A stretch of DNA of 64,000 bases from Monocercomonoides exilis PA203 (lineage: Eukaryota; Protista; Preaxostyla), in the NCBI GenBank assembly GCA_001643675.2, contig LSRY02000018.1, forward strand, positions 744,001 through 808,000, read 5' to 3'. A model generated the notes under the pieces. It was not told where the DNA came from, did not search any database, and saw nothing but the letters and a program-made list of their open reading frames with translations. How positions within the stretch are numbered: the first letter of the stretch is position 1; each line of letters opens with the position of its first letter. Positions 13,773 to 31,315 of the stretch are shown here, piece after piece. A program made the translations under genes and the position numbers.

Positions 13773-16700
13773 ATGGCACAGGATCCACTTGCTCCTTTTT
13801 TGATGAGAGAAGATGTTACCGGAATTAGAACAACATGGAGCTGCTTCGTAACAAGTCAAGCTGAACGTCAAAAAGTGATGGTGCCTTATGCAGCTGTTTA
13901 TTCTCCGTTGAAAACACTCAGAGAAGAACAAGTTATTCGGGAATTGCCAGTAATTTGCAGAGGATGTGGAGCTTCTCTTTCAGTTTATGAGTTTGAAGTT
14001 ATTAGAGCTCTATCTTTTATTGTGTTTTTATTATGTTCATTTTTTTTTTTTTTCTTATTTTCATCTTTGGCCAAATAAAAATATTAAAGTCAAATATATG
14101 CTGGAGAGCAACGCTATGCATGCAGATTTTGTGGCGCATCTAATTCTCTTCCTCCACGAATGCAGAAACTTTCAGATGCGAACAAACCAGCTGATCTTAA
14201 TTACCAGACGGTTGAATATGTTCTTCCTGATAAATCACCAAATCCTGTTTCTTTGATATTTGTGATTGATACGTGCCTTCCTGAATCTGAATTTTCTGCA
14301 TTAATTGATTTTATGAAACAAGTTATCTCATTGATCCCATCTGATTTCAGAGTTGGAATAATCACCACTGGGAAAATGAACCATATCTATGACGTAAGCA
14401 GCGCTGAGGCACTTCGCTCTTACACTTTTAATGGAGCAAAAGATTATAATGAAACAGAATATTGGAAAATGCTTGGATTGGATGGAGCTGTTAGCCCTTC
14501 CGTTGCAAGTCGGTTCCTTGTTGGAATGGAAGATGGGTTAATGCTTGTTGATGCCATCCTGTCTGCATTGCGTGTCGATCCATTTGGCAGCGGACCAGGA
14601 CAGCGTGAGTCTCGTGGGACTGGTTCGGCCGTTTCTCTTGCTCTTGCGATTCTGAAGAAGCTGGGGCCGAACAGCGGAGGGCGTGTGATGCTGTTCACGG
14701 GAGGGCCATGTACCATTGGACCAGGGAGAGTGATAAGCACAGACGCCTCGGAGAAAATGAGGCAGCAGATCAATTTTGAGAAGGAAACTGATTTGAAGTA
14801 TTACCATTCTGCGAAGAAGTACTATGAGAGCTTGGGGAGGAGAGCGTCGCAAGCTGGGCATTGCATTGATATAATGATGGGGTGTCAGGATCAGTGCGGA
14901 ATAGACGAGATGGTGCCACTGGTTTCACTGACTGGTTTGCTTACTGCTTTTTTTTTGATTATTATTTTTATTTCTTCGTTTTTAACTTGTTTTTTTGGGA
15001 AAAAAACGTTTTTTTTTTTTTTTTCACTTTATTTCAGGTGGTCTGACTGTTTTGTCCACTTCATTTGCATCGTCACAGTTCCGTCTGTCTTTCTCCAATC
15101 TGTTTGATCGTGGAATGTGCACAGCAGATGACCTCGACATGGCATTCAATGCGAAAATCACTGTGAGGGTTTGTTTATTTCGTCACTTTATTTTTTTTTT
15201 AATTTTCATTGATTTTTATTTGTTTATTGATTGACTTTAATAAATATATATATATTAAACTTTTTTCGTTTTTGTTTTTCATCTTTATTGTTGTTTTAAA
15301 ACGTTATTTTAATTTTTTTCATTATTTTATTCTTTTCTCAATTTTTTAACAATTTCATTGACTTTTTCTATTTTCGTGTATAAATATTTTTTTATTCAAA
15401 ATTTATTTAATTTCCATTGTTTTTTCAACAGCTCACAGAACATATGAAACTGACTGGTTGCATTGGCCATTGCACTTCAAGCCACGTGAAAGCTCCATTT
15501 GTTTCTACAATCGTTTGTCACTCTTTTATTTTCTGTTTTGATTTTTATTCTATTTTCTTTTCTTTTCTTTTCTTTTCTTTTCTTTTCTTTTCTTTTCTTT
15601 TCTTTTCTTTTCTTTTCTTTTCTTTCATCGCATTCAACAGGAAGTGGGCGAAGGAGACACAAACGTGTGGGCGGTGTCTGCATTGGACTCGGCATCGTCG
15701 ATGATGTTTGTGTGGGACGTTGTTCTGGCTGACAGCGACACCAGCTATCGCCAGCCACCCATTCTGCAGATACAGACAGAATACACAAGAGCCAATGGAC
15801 AGAAGATGCTGAGAGTCACTTCGATAGACTTCAGGTGTGTTGGAGTGTGGATTTAGATTGGATTGGTTTGGTTTGGTTTGGATTGGATTGGATTGGTTTG
15901 GTTTGGTTTGGTTTGGTTTGGTTGAATGAATGAATAAATGAATAAATTGGTTAATTGATTGGTTGGATTATTTGAGTTGTTTGAGATGTTCATGAGCAAA
16001 TTTATTTGAATGTTTTGGTAATTTGAAATATCAAATAAGTCTTTTTTTTGAACATTATTTGATTGTATTCTTTTTGATATGTATATGTTAACATGTTTCA
16101 AAATAATAATTCTCTATTTGCTTTATTTCACCTGTCTCTGTTCATATTCTTTTTTTTTCATCTTCTTTCTCTTTCTTACATTTTTTTTTCTTTGATCGTC
16201 TCTTTTCACTTATTTATGAATTCTTCCTTCCTTTCTTCCTTTCTTCCCTCTTCATTTCAGATGGAGTGATGCTTCGAAGCAGCTGACAGATGTGATCCGC
16301 TCCTTCGACTATGAATGTGCTGCTGTTGCGTGTGCCAGAATGGCTGTGGAGAAGGCAGAGAGAGAGAAGAACGACACCCGCTGCAATTCAGCCATCAGAT
16401 GGATAGATAAGACTCTTATCAACACTGTATGTGATGAGAATGAGAAAGAGAAAGAGAAAGAGACAGAGACAGAGAAAGAGAAAGAGAAAGAGAAAAAGAG
16501 AGAAAAGAATGAATGAATGAATGAATGAGAAGACATAACGAATGGTCAAAGAGGAAAACGAATTTAGTCTTTTGTTCAAATATTCATATTATAGCCCTTT
16601 CAGTATTGTTGTTGTGGATATTAATTGGGATGCATATTTTTTTTTATTTAATTCTTCTTTTTTGTGTCATTTCACACATTTTTCCTCTGTTTTTATATTG

Positions 16701-17451
16701 TTTCATTTATTTGTATGTTTAATCGTTTTTTGTTCATCTGTTTATATGTGTTTATATACATATGCATATACGAATATTGCAGTGCCAGCAATTCGGCATC
16801 TACACCCCCGGCCATCCCGAGTCCTTCCGACTCCCACCTCAGCTGTCTCCATTCCCCCAGGCGATTTACTACCTCCGCCGCTCTCGCTTCCTGCGTGTGT
16901 TCAACCACGCCCCCGACGAGACAGAATTCTACCGGCTGCTTCTGAACAGAGAAGGCGTGACCAATGGCATCGTGATGATCCAGCCGACTTTGCTCTCCTT
17001 TGAGCTGGGGCAGGAGCTGCCCCGCCCTGTTCTGCTGGACCTGTCGTCGATCAAGAAGGACTGCATTCTCCTGCTCGACACGTTCTTCCGCCTCATCATC
17101 CACCACGGAGAAACTATCGCAGCGTGGAGGGAGATGAAGTACCACGAGCAGCCAGAGAACGCTGCTCTGAAGGCGATGCTGGCAAAGCCCATTGAGGAAG
17201 CGCAAGAGATTCTGAAGGACAGATTCCCTGTTCCCCATGTGCTTGTGTGCGACCAGGGCTCATCACAGGCGCGTTTCTTGATCTCGCAGCTGAATCCGTC
17301 TACAACTCCATCGGCGTCGCTTTCGACGAATGCGGCGATTGGAGGAGCAATTGGCACAGACTCAGAGACAAAAGCACCGATATTCTCAGATGATGTGACA
17401 CTGAAGAAGTTCTTTGACAGCCTGCGCACCGCTGCGACTTCAAAGCAGTAA
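13773..17451 (+). CDS. SEC23: COPII coat protein Sec23
   Basis: Seven exons. Zn finger CRGC...CRFC, vWA trunk (IFVIDTC, GRVMLFTGGPCTIGPG), YYLRRSRFLRVFN, gelsolin-like ILLLDTFF, and GAP arginine motif DQGSSQARFL; ends DDVTLKKFFDSL. Confidence 0.97.
15556..15925. repeat. Intronic microsatellites (TTTTC)n and (TTTGG/ATTGG)n flanking Sec23 exon 5
   Basis: Direct reading at 15556-15625 and 15857-15925. Confidence 0.9.
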
Positions 17452-18031
17452 GTGGAAGAGGACATTGGAAGAGTTGTTGTTTGTGTGAATGGGAAGAGAG
17501 AGAGAGAGAAAGAAAGAGAAAAAGTTAGGAACAAAAGAATCCTTCGCATTACTATTTCCTTTGGAGTTGCCATTGCCATTGGAAATGTGAAAAAAAATAT
17601 TAGACCAAACAATGATAATCATGTCAAAACTCTCAAAATGTTCGCTTGCGCAGGATAATGTGTATTTTTACTCCATTTTGCTCATTTGCGTTGTTTGATG
17701 ATTTCTAATTAGTTGCCTTTGATTGGAAATGCCTTATGAAAATTATCGTTAATCCATTTTTGTTTTCATTTCATATGCATTAGAAAAAACCAGAAAAAGA
17801 AGAAGAAATTGAACTTTTCTTTCGGCTAAAAATTATTCATCTTAGTATAACTAATTTGTAACAGATTGGAACAATAAATAAACAGGTGTTTTTGATATGT
17901 GATACAACAACCTTGTTTCAAAGTGTTTAACAACAAAAATCCAAAGCAAACGAACACGTTATTCAAATAGAAAGATTTTATCATTTCTTTTAAAAAAAAC
18001 ATTAAACAAATTTCATAACAAGCTGCTCCGT

Positions 18032-19084
18032 TCAGCTGGCCTTCTCTCTTTCCTCTTTTGACGTCTTCATGGCAGATTGCAGATCCATTGGATCAACAAG
18101 AGCTATACGGTTCATAACATGTGGATGCATAACTGAGCAGATATTTGAGATATATCAGTTATCATTTATCCCAGAAATGATCATAGTACAATGAAAAACA
18201 TGTCAAGAGAGAATAATTGAAAAAAAAACAACAATTTTTGAAAAAAAACCTGCAATTTGGGAAGTGACTAAATATTCTATATGAGATTGGTGCATATTTT
18301 CACTAATTTCAATAAAGGGATCCTTTGGAAAGTCGAGTGCTCTCTGAAGTAAAGCCTATTTTGTGTGTGTGTGTGTGTGTGTGTGTGATAAATGTTCGGT
18401 TTCAATTGAAGCAACAATAATATAGCAATAATATACCTGCAATATGAATGATATTGGCTGATAATTGATAATCTTTCCTTTCTAAAAAAAGATATGTCAA
18501 AATGTTGTATTCTCAAAGGCAAACTATATTTGCTTCTTGTGGAACCTTCGGAGCGTTTGATTCCAGCATTTGAAATAGTTTTGTAGTTATGATTATATTT
18601 GAATCAGTTACAGCTTTTAATTTATTCTTTGTAACACTATCATTCTCTTGTTCTCTAAAAAATTAATTACGAAATTAAACCTTAAAATAGTTTTAAAATT
18701 TTCTTATACTCGTTTTGTTTCGATTCCATGGAAGAAATTTCTTTCTTAAGTGCTAAATTCATTGATTCAAGTTCAGATTGAAGATTTGAACATCTTTGTT
18801 TTAAAATAAACAATCAAAACAACTTCTCATAATATTCTTTCAAACCTCTTTAATTCTCCTTGAAATTTTTTAAGTGTTGATTCCTTTTCTTCTGCAAGTA
18901 AAGCATAGTCTTTTTGCTTTTCTGTCATTTCTTCAATGAGCATTAATAAAAAGTTTTCATCGCTCATGTCCTTAAAATATGCTGTAAATATTTCTGAATC
19001 GCTAAGTTCTTTTATTTCATCCTTAATTAAAGAATTTAACTCTTCTTTTCGTTTTATTTTTGAATCTTCAGAAATAAATGTCAT
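18032..19084 (-). CDS. CENPK: Centromere protein K (CENP-K / Sim4 / Mcm22) homologue, 234 aa
   Basis: Six exons (19084-18846, 18793-18710, 18654-18525, 18481-18437, 18355-18250, 18132-18032), all GT-AG and in phase. N-terminal coiled coil, then ILQALLQRALDFPKDPFIEISENMHQSHIEYLVTSQIAVMHPHVMNRIALVD, matching without gaps the CENP-K head motif (L..L.....P.DP....S......E.L....IA..HP....RI.L). Confidence 0.85.
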
Positions 19085-19362
19085 TTGTGATGGTAAGATC
19101 AAAAAATATTCAAATTTTTTTGCAATGATTTTGGAGTTGTTAAAATTTCAAAAACAAAGACTGAAAACGAATTTGTAAGAAATATGAAATAAATGAATAC
19201 GCTAACATTTATAAAAATATTTTTATTTGCGAAATAAAGTGAAAACATAATCAATTGTATTAATATATAAATGAAAAGGAAAAATATTCTTTTTTTAATT
19301 TGAATTTCAAAGTTAAAGAAAAGATGAAAGACATTGAATAGCTCTGGCTAGAAGAGTCAGTT

Positions 19363-19402
<40 letters not shown>

Positions 19403-20654
19403 AATTTCACAAAAGTGTGAATATTACACACACGTGCACATTATTTTCAACACAGCTTGTTGATAAAGTTGTAGGTTTCAAAAAAACTTATCAACAAAAA
19501 TTCATTTTTATTCGCTAACATTTTATGAAAAAGAACAAATTTTTATTCTGTTTGTTGCTTTTCAGTTTAAAAGTTACATGAACATTAAACATGATATTTT
19601 CCTTGTTTGTTATTTTTAAAGTTACAAAAAACGAAAGTTGCATTATTTAGAAATATTTAAAAAAACGTTGTTGTTGTTTTGCTTGAAGAAAGATATTGAT
19701 TGTCAAAAACAATTCATTTATAATTAAAGACATAGTCCTTGTTATTTAGGAAAAATTCACAACTCTTGTTAAACAAATTGTTCTAGGTGTTATTATTTTT
19801 GAAAAATGGGGGAAAATACGGACTTTCAAGTATTTTTTGAAAAAAACACTAAAAAATTGATTCACTCATAACATTATTTCGCTTTTTCAAATTTCAAAAT
19901 AAATTTGATTTTCATATCTGTAAATAGGTGTCATTGAAATCAAAACATTAAGTTTTCCAATATTTCTTTAATGTCATAAAATGGACCCATTTAAATTATA
20001 TTTTCAAATGAAAAAAATTCAATGAAAAGTGCATAAATTTTTCTATGAAAATACCTGAAGCAAAATATTTTTCCCCAAATAGCTAATGCTTTATTCTCAG
20101 GTTTGTTGAAATTTTCATTTGTTGATAACTTTTCGTCATTAATTCATCAAACTTCTTTTCAAGCAAATTATCTCAAGATAATTATGTTTTTGTGTCAATT
20201 TTTGAAAAAATGAAAAAATTGAGGGATTTATTTCTTGAATTCAAAAATAATATCTCATTTTAACAAACTTGAGAATTTTGCATTAACAGCTTTTCAAAAA
20301 GAATGACGCATATTTGAAAAATGATCACTTTTGTTTCTTCTTTTTTGAAGCAGAAAAGTTCACACATCATATTTCCACACAATTCACAACTTCTGCCATT
20401 TTTTTGAAAAATATTGCACTTCAAACATAAAATGAAAATGAAAAAATTATTAGTAATTCTGATTTATTATTGTAATTCAGGCAATGTTTTGAAGCATCAA
20501 ACAATTTTTAATTTAAAGCATCCTATCAAAACGTTCATCATTTTAAATAGAATCTTGAGAAAAGTTTGAAAACATATAAGAAAAGTGAAATAAATAATTT
20601 TAAATAGAAAAAAATGTCGGAAATCAATTCTTTTTTGTTTCATATGAATGGTTT

Positions 20655-21015
20655 TTTCTTTTTTTCTTTTTTTCTTTTTTTCTTTTTTTCTTTTTTTCTT
20701 TTTCTTTTTCTTTATCTTTTCTTTTCTTTTCTTTTCTTTTCTTTTCTTTTCTTTTCTTTTCTTTTCTTTTCTTTTCTTTTCTTTTCTTTTCTTTTCTTTT
20801 CTTTTTCTTTTTTGTGAAAAAATTCTGTTTAAAAAATTTTTAATGAAATCAAAAATCAATTACAAAACAAAAATAAATCAAAAAAAGAAAAAGAAAAAAC
20901 TTTCATTCATCAAATATCGCCTTATCACTTTGTATTTTTTTGAAAAACATCAAAATAAAAGTTTTATGCTGAAAAAAAATATCATCAAGAATCATCATCT
21001 GCGAAATAATTTTTC

Positions 21016-21065
<50 letters not shown>
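20655..21065. repeat. (TTTTC)n and poly-T tracts in a long AT-rich intergenic region
   Basis: Direct reading. Confidence 0.9.
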
Positions 21066-21066
<1 letters not shown>

Positions 21067-21421
21067 TTTTTCTCGAAAAGTTTTTTATTTTTTGATGAAG
21101 AAGTGCGACACGTAAAAAATTTGATTCATTATTATTATTGATGGCTTTCTTGAATAGAGCAGAGGAATGATTGAGTACGTTAGAATAAATAACTTCAACA
21201 GCAAAATGAACATTAAGAAAAAAAAAATATTTTTTTCTTCTGACATGAATAAGCGAAAAATCAATTTAGCGAACAAACATATTACTCATATGGACACTTT
21301 TCTTCTTTTCTTCATTTTTTCTCTGTGGATATTGAAAATGCCAAAATATTCAATTTTGAATATTTTTTAATTTTTTTGAATAAACATTTTTATGGAATTG
21401 AAAAGATCAAGATAGACACTT

Positions 21422-22426
21422 ATGTCGGACCCGAGAAGCAAGCTTGTTTGATTTGTATAAATTATTTATTAAAGCATTCATTATTTATATAAACAAATCG
21501 AAACCATGAAATTTAGTTAGTTCTTGTCTGCGGGGATTTTCATATTCCTCACAGAGCAATTGACATTCCTTCTCGTTTTAAAACACTTCTTGTTCCTGGT
21601 AAAATCCAGCATGTTCTTTGCACAGGAAATTTATGTACAAAAGAAACATATGATTACTTAAAAACTCTTTCTAATGATGTTCATGTTGTAAGAGGTGACT
21701 TTGATGATGTTTGATTAACTTTATATCTATGAAATACAATTAAAAATTGCTTTCACTTTCTTTTTATAAAAATTTGATAGACAAGTTTGGGATATCCTGA
21801 AGAAAAGGTAGTGACAATTGGATCATTCAAAATTGGAATGATTCATGGCCATCAAATTGTTCCATGGGGGTTTTAAAACTTTTTTTTTATTATTTGGAGC
21901 TCATCATTTTTATATGATTTACAGAGATCCAGATGCAATTGGAATTGCTCAACGTCGTCTTGATTGTGATATTTTGGTTACTGGACATACACATCGTTTG
22001 CCTTTGTTTTTTAAAACAAAATTATAATGCTCTTAACATATTTTGTATTCTTAATTATTGCTTAAATTCCAATCATTGTAGAGTTTCAGGCATATGAACT
22101 GGAGAGTAGATTTGTCATTAATCCTGGATCAATCACAGGGGCATATTCAGTTATCGGAGATGGGTATGATTCTTGTTATAATTTTCAGAAATTAAAAGTG
22201 AATTCTTTTTACGTATGTGGCTGAAAACATATCATTTCCTATTTTTTGAATTCATCCTGCTTTATCCACTAATATCGAACCATTTCTTGATAGGGATACG
22301 ATTGCTTCATTTGTTCTGATGGATATTCAGGGCTACAAAGTGACTGTTTATGTGTACAAAACCACATCAGAAGGGAAATTCAAAGTTGAAAAAGCTGAAT
22401 TTACCAAACCTGAAGGAAGAACTTAG
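21422..22426 (+). CDS. VPS29: Retromer subunit Vps29
   Basis: Six exons: [83 protein letters not shown]; TAG at 22424-22426. Confidence 0.97.
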
Positions 22427-23019
22427 GAAAAAAAAAAAAAAAAATAGATGATATTTTTCTTTAAAGATATTAAGATATCAAAAAACTGTAATTATAAGAA
22501 GAACTTTTTTATTAACCTCACTTAATTCACAACCACTTTTGTGTAAGTTGCTCGAGAGTCTATTTATCAATTCAATGTTTTTATTTGCTTTTTTAGGCTA
22601 ATGCTAACAAATCACGAAATTGTTTAAAAGGATGATTGTCCAATTTAAATTGAGTTCAATTCATGAAAGATGAATAAGATAGTAAAAAAAGAAAATCATT
22701 ACAAAATAACAAACAATTAAAAAGCAAATGAAATGACCAACTGCACAAAGCAAACAGTTTTCTTATCTGGAAAGGAAAAAAATGAAAAAAGAGACTTATT
22801 TTAATCTGATTCACAACATTTTTCACAAAGCATTCTTCAGAAGAAATATGTCTTTCTTTTCTTTCATTTTTAAAAACATGCAAGCAATATAATTTATTCT
22901 TATTGTCACATTTTTTTCTTAAAGTTGTTTTAAAAAATATGAAGTGAATAAATATTTTCATATGAAGTGAGTGCTGGCCAACGAACGAGACTTCTTTTTG
23001 GCTATCCAATAAAGTGTCC

Positions 23020-27722
<4,703 letters not shown>

Positions 27723-27877
27723 TGTTTGATAATTATATTTGGCATATTATGGCATTTTTCCTATTATTGTTCATAATAATTTAACACACTTAAATAATTG
27801 TTGATACCAACTATTTTTAATATTCATCAAGAAAAGCAACGCCCATTAGTTATTTTTCTTGTTTGATAGAAGCTGAA

Positions 27878-30800
27878 ATGACAAGCAATACAATGATGGC
27901 TGGGCTTGCAGAACTTGGGATTACAACAAAATCCCAAATGATACGCCCAAATGTATTGAAGAGATAACATTTTTCATGCTAGAACGTTTTCATTTCATTT
28001 TTTCAGGTGTATATTAGAATTCGTCCTGAGACACCAGAAGAATCTGTATACGGATCGTGCGTTGATGCAACAGAAGGATTCAATATTATTGAACTGACAA
28101 AGGTATATATGCTTTCAAAGAACAAAATAATATTCATCATAATTAATAATTACTAGAAAGACAAACCAAAGAAATCTTACACATTCGATCGCATTTTTGA
28201 CGAGCAATCAACACAGCAAGAAGTATTTGATGCAGCAGCTCTCAAAGTTGCAAAAGGAGCTCTCAATGGTTGGAATTGTTTTTGATTTTCAAATAAGATT
28301 TGATAATTTCTAAAAATAGGAATGAATGGTGCGAACATTTAGATAATCTTTTGAGAACAACTTTTATTTATGATGATTTTAGGAACAATATTTTCGTTTG
28401 GTGGACCAGGCACAGGTAAATCATGGACATTAACGAATTCGTCCAAAACACCTGAAGAGCAAGGAGTTATTGCACGACTGGGATCATATTTCTTTGATGA
28501 AATGGGAAAAGTCACAGATTGGCAGTATTCATTTTCTATATCGTATTGCCAGCTGAACAATGATGTTTGCAAAATGTAAAATTTAACGTAAACGATGAAT
28601 AAATTTCATGTAATTCTGTAGGAATTATCAGATCTTCTTCAACCACAAAGACAAAATCTGCAAATCCGCGAACATCCAGTTCTTGGGATATTCATTCAAA
28701 ACCTGAGTCGGGTTTGACAATTACAATGTTCATTAAAAAAGATAATAATTTAAATGAAATCAATAAATTTGAATTCAACTCACATATTTCTATTATTATT
28801 ATTAAAATTTTAATAAACAAAATTAGTTTCCAGTCAAAACCAAAGAAGAAGTGCTTTATTATCTTCGGCTGGGAAACAAGCAGATTGCAACACTTGCAGC
28901 TCAGAAAAAGGTTTGCAATATTTTTCTAATTCTTTTTTCCCCCAAAAAAGCAACAAAATTCACATTTCTTTTATTTTTTCAATTTGTAGACTGTAAATAG
29001 CGCTCACAATGTATTTATGTTTTTCTTCGAGAAAACAAAAATGGAAATGTTTGTGAAGAAGTGACTCTATTTCTTTGATATTCGAATTATTTTTTATATT
29101 TTTTTCCCGATGGTTTTTTTTAATCCTAACATCTTCCTCCTTCCTTTCACTTTCCTTTACTCTTTTCCTCTCATTTACCCACCCTTCCCCCCCCCCCCCC
29201 CCTTCTTCTCAGGAACGGCCCACCCCCCGACTCCGCCGAGGATGCAATGGCGAGTGTAGCAGGAGCCGTGCTCCGATCAAAAGTGATGGTGTGTGATTTA
29301 GCTGGCAGCGAGCGTCAGAAAGACAAAAGTGCCGATGGTAAAACGGCTCTTCGAACAGCCGTGTTGAAAGGGCAGCTGGCGGCTGATAAGGAGAAAGCAG
29401 CAGCATCAGGGAAAGCAGGGACTGGGGCTGGATTTGCAGCAGTGGCGAAGGCAGCGATGGCGCAGCAGAAGGGGAAGAAGAGCGGAGGAGGAGGAGTAAC
29501 AGGGGGAAATAGCGAAGAACACGACGAGGCTGAGAAAGAGATGGCGTTTGTGAACAAGTCCATCACCGCACTGGGCACTGTCATGAATGCGCTGGCAGAG
29601 CGGAAGAAGCATGTGCCCTACCGCTCATCCACCCTCACCCGCCTTCTGCAAGAGTCCCTTTCAGGACAGACAAACATCTGCCTGCTTGCCACGTGCTGCC
29701 GCTGCCCTCAGAACTATTCTTCCACTTTGTCCACCCTCATCTTCGCCTCCCGCTGCGCAAAGATCCGCATTCGCCCTCAGGTGCATATGAGCGTCGATTA
29801 TGAGGTGCTGTGCAAAGAGCTGACACATCTGCTGCAGATGGAGAGGACGATGAGGGCGAGCGACCAGGCGAAGTGGGAGTATCTTTTTCGATGCCAGACA
29901 GAGCTGGTGAATGCGAACATGGCGTTGATTGTGAAGGGGAAGAGGAGGGCGATGGAAGGGATGAGAGAAATGAATGGGATGAATGGGATGATGATGATGA
30001 TGATGCGAGGAGGAGAAGGAGAAGGAGAAGGAGAAGGAGAAGGAGAAGGAGAAGGAAGAGGAGGAAGAAGGGGGTGGATAAGGGAGTTGTTGGGGCAGGC
30101 GCTGAGGATAAGGAAAGAGGCGCATGTTTTGTTAGCGGCACCAGAATTGGATGGAGTGAAGAGGAAGATGAAGATGCTGGCTGATGGGAAGACACCAGCT
30201 GAAAGCGAAGAAGAAATGAACAAGTTAACTTCTTCTTCTTCTTCTTCTTCTCTTTCTTCTTCTTCAGGTGATTCGATTGAGATGAAGAACGCAGAAGAGC
30301 TGTTGGAGCTGACTGTTCTGCAATTAACATCGCTTTTGAGAACTAACCCTTACTATCGAAGACTCTTCATTGGTGGATCTTCTTCTCTTTCTGCTTCTTC
30401 TTCTTCCTCCTCTTCCTCTCATTCTCTTCCTCTTCCCTATCAGCTCTTCGACTCCATCCTCAGCCACATCACTGTGATGTCTTCTGTTCTTTCCCACAAA
30501 TCTGCTCTTTCTTCACTTTCTTCTTCTCTTTCTTCTTCCAATAATCTTTCTCCCCTTTATTTGTCTTCTCTGCTAAACGTGCGCTTAATTAGGCCTCTTG
30601 AAACATTGTCGTCGCATCTTGATGCATTTGTGAACGAGATAGCTGAAACTGTGGCTGATAGATGCATTCCTTGTTCTTCTTCTTCTTCCTCTTCCTCTTC
30701 TTCCTCTTCCTCTGCCTCTTCTTCTTCTTCTTCAGATAAATCACCCACATCATCAACAACCTCTTCTTCCTCTTCTTCTTCTTCTCCTCCTTCCTCCTCC

Positions 30801-31284
30801 TCCTCTTCTTCTTCTTCTTCTCCATCAACCTTCGACCCCTCTTTCTCCATCCCCCCAGACTCAGATGAAGTAAGAGAACAGAAAATAGCGCAATTGAAGA
30901 AAGTGCTGAACGAAACACTGACAAGCGCTTTTTACGAAGACTTGTCGTTTTTCCGAAAGGATTCGACGCAAAAAGCGAAGGAAAAAGCAGAAAAAGCAGA
31001 GAAAGAAGCGAAAAAACAAGAAAGAAAGGCGGAAAGAGAGAAGAAAGGAGGAGAAGGAGAAAAAGAAGAAGGAGGAAATTTAGATGAAGAAGATGAAGAC
31101 AATGAAGAAGATGAAGAAGATGAAGAAGATGATGAAGCAGAAGAAGATTCATTGTTTCCTTCTGAAGATTCGTTGTCAGATGAAAGTGATGGCGTTTATG
31201 AAGAAGAGAAGAACGAAGAGAAGAAAGAAGGAGAAGGAGAAGGAGAAGAAGCCGATAGAGCATTAAGAACACCTTCTCCTCTTC

Positions 31285-31315
<31 letters not shown>

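Noticed and set aside
15857-15925. (TTTGG)n as an interstitial telomere
   Set aside because: Short, impure, intronic and not the TTAGGG type; it fits the G-rich tracts that follow exons.
22424-22445. Poly-A directly after the Vps29 stop codon, suggesting a retrocopy
   Set aside because: The gene has five introns, and poly-A tracts are common in this DNA.
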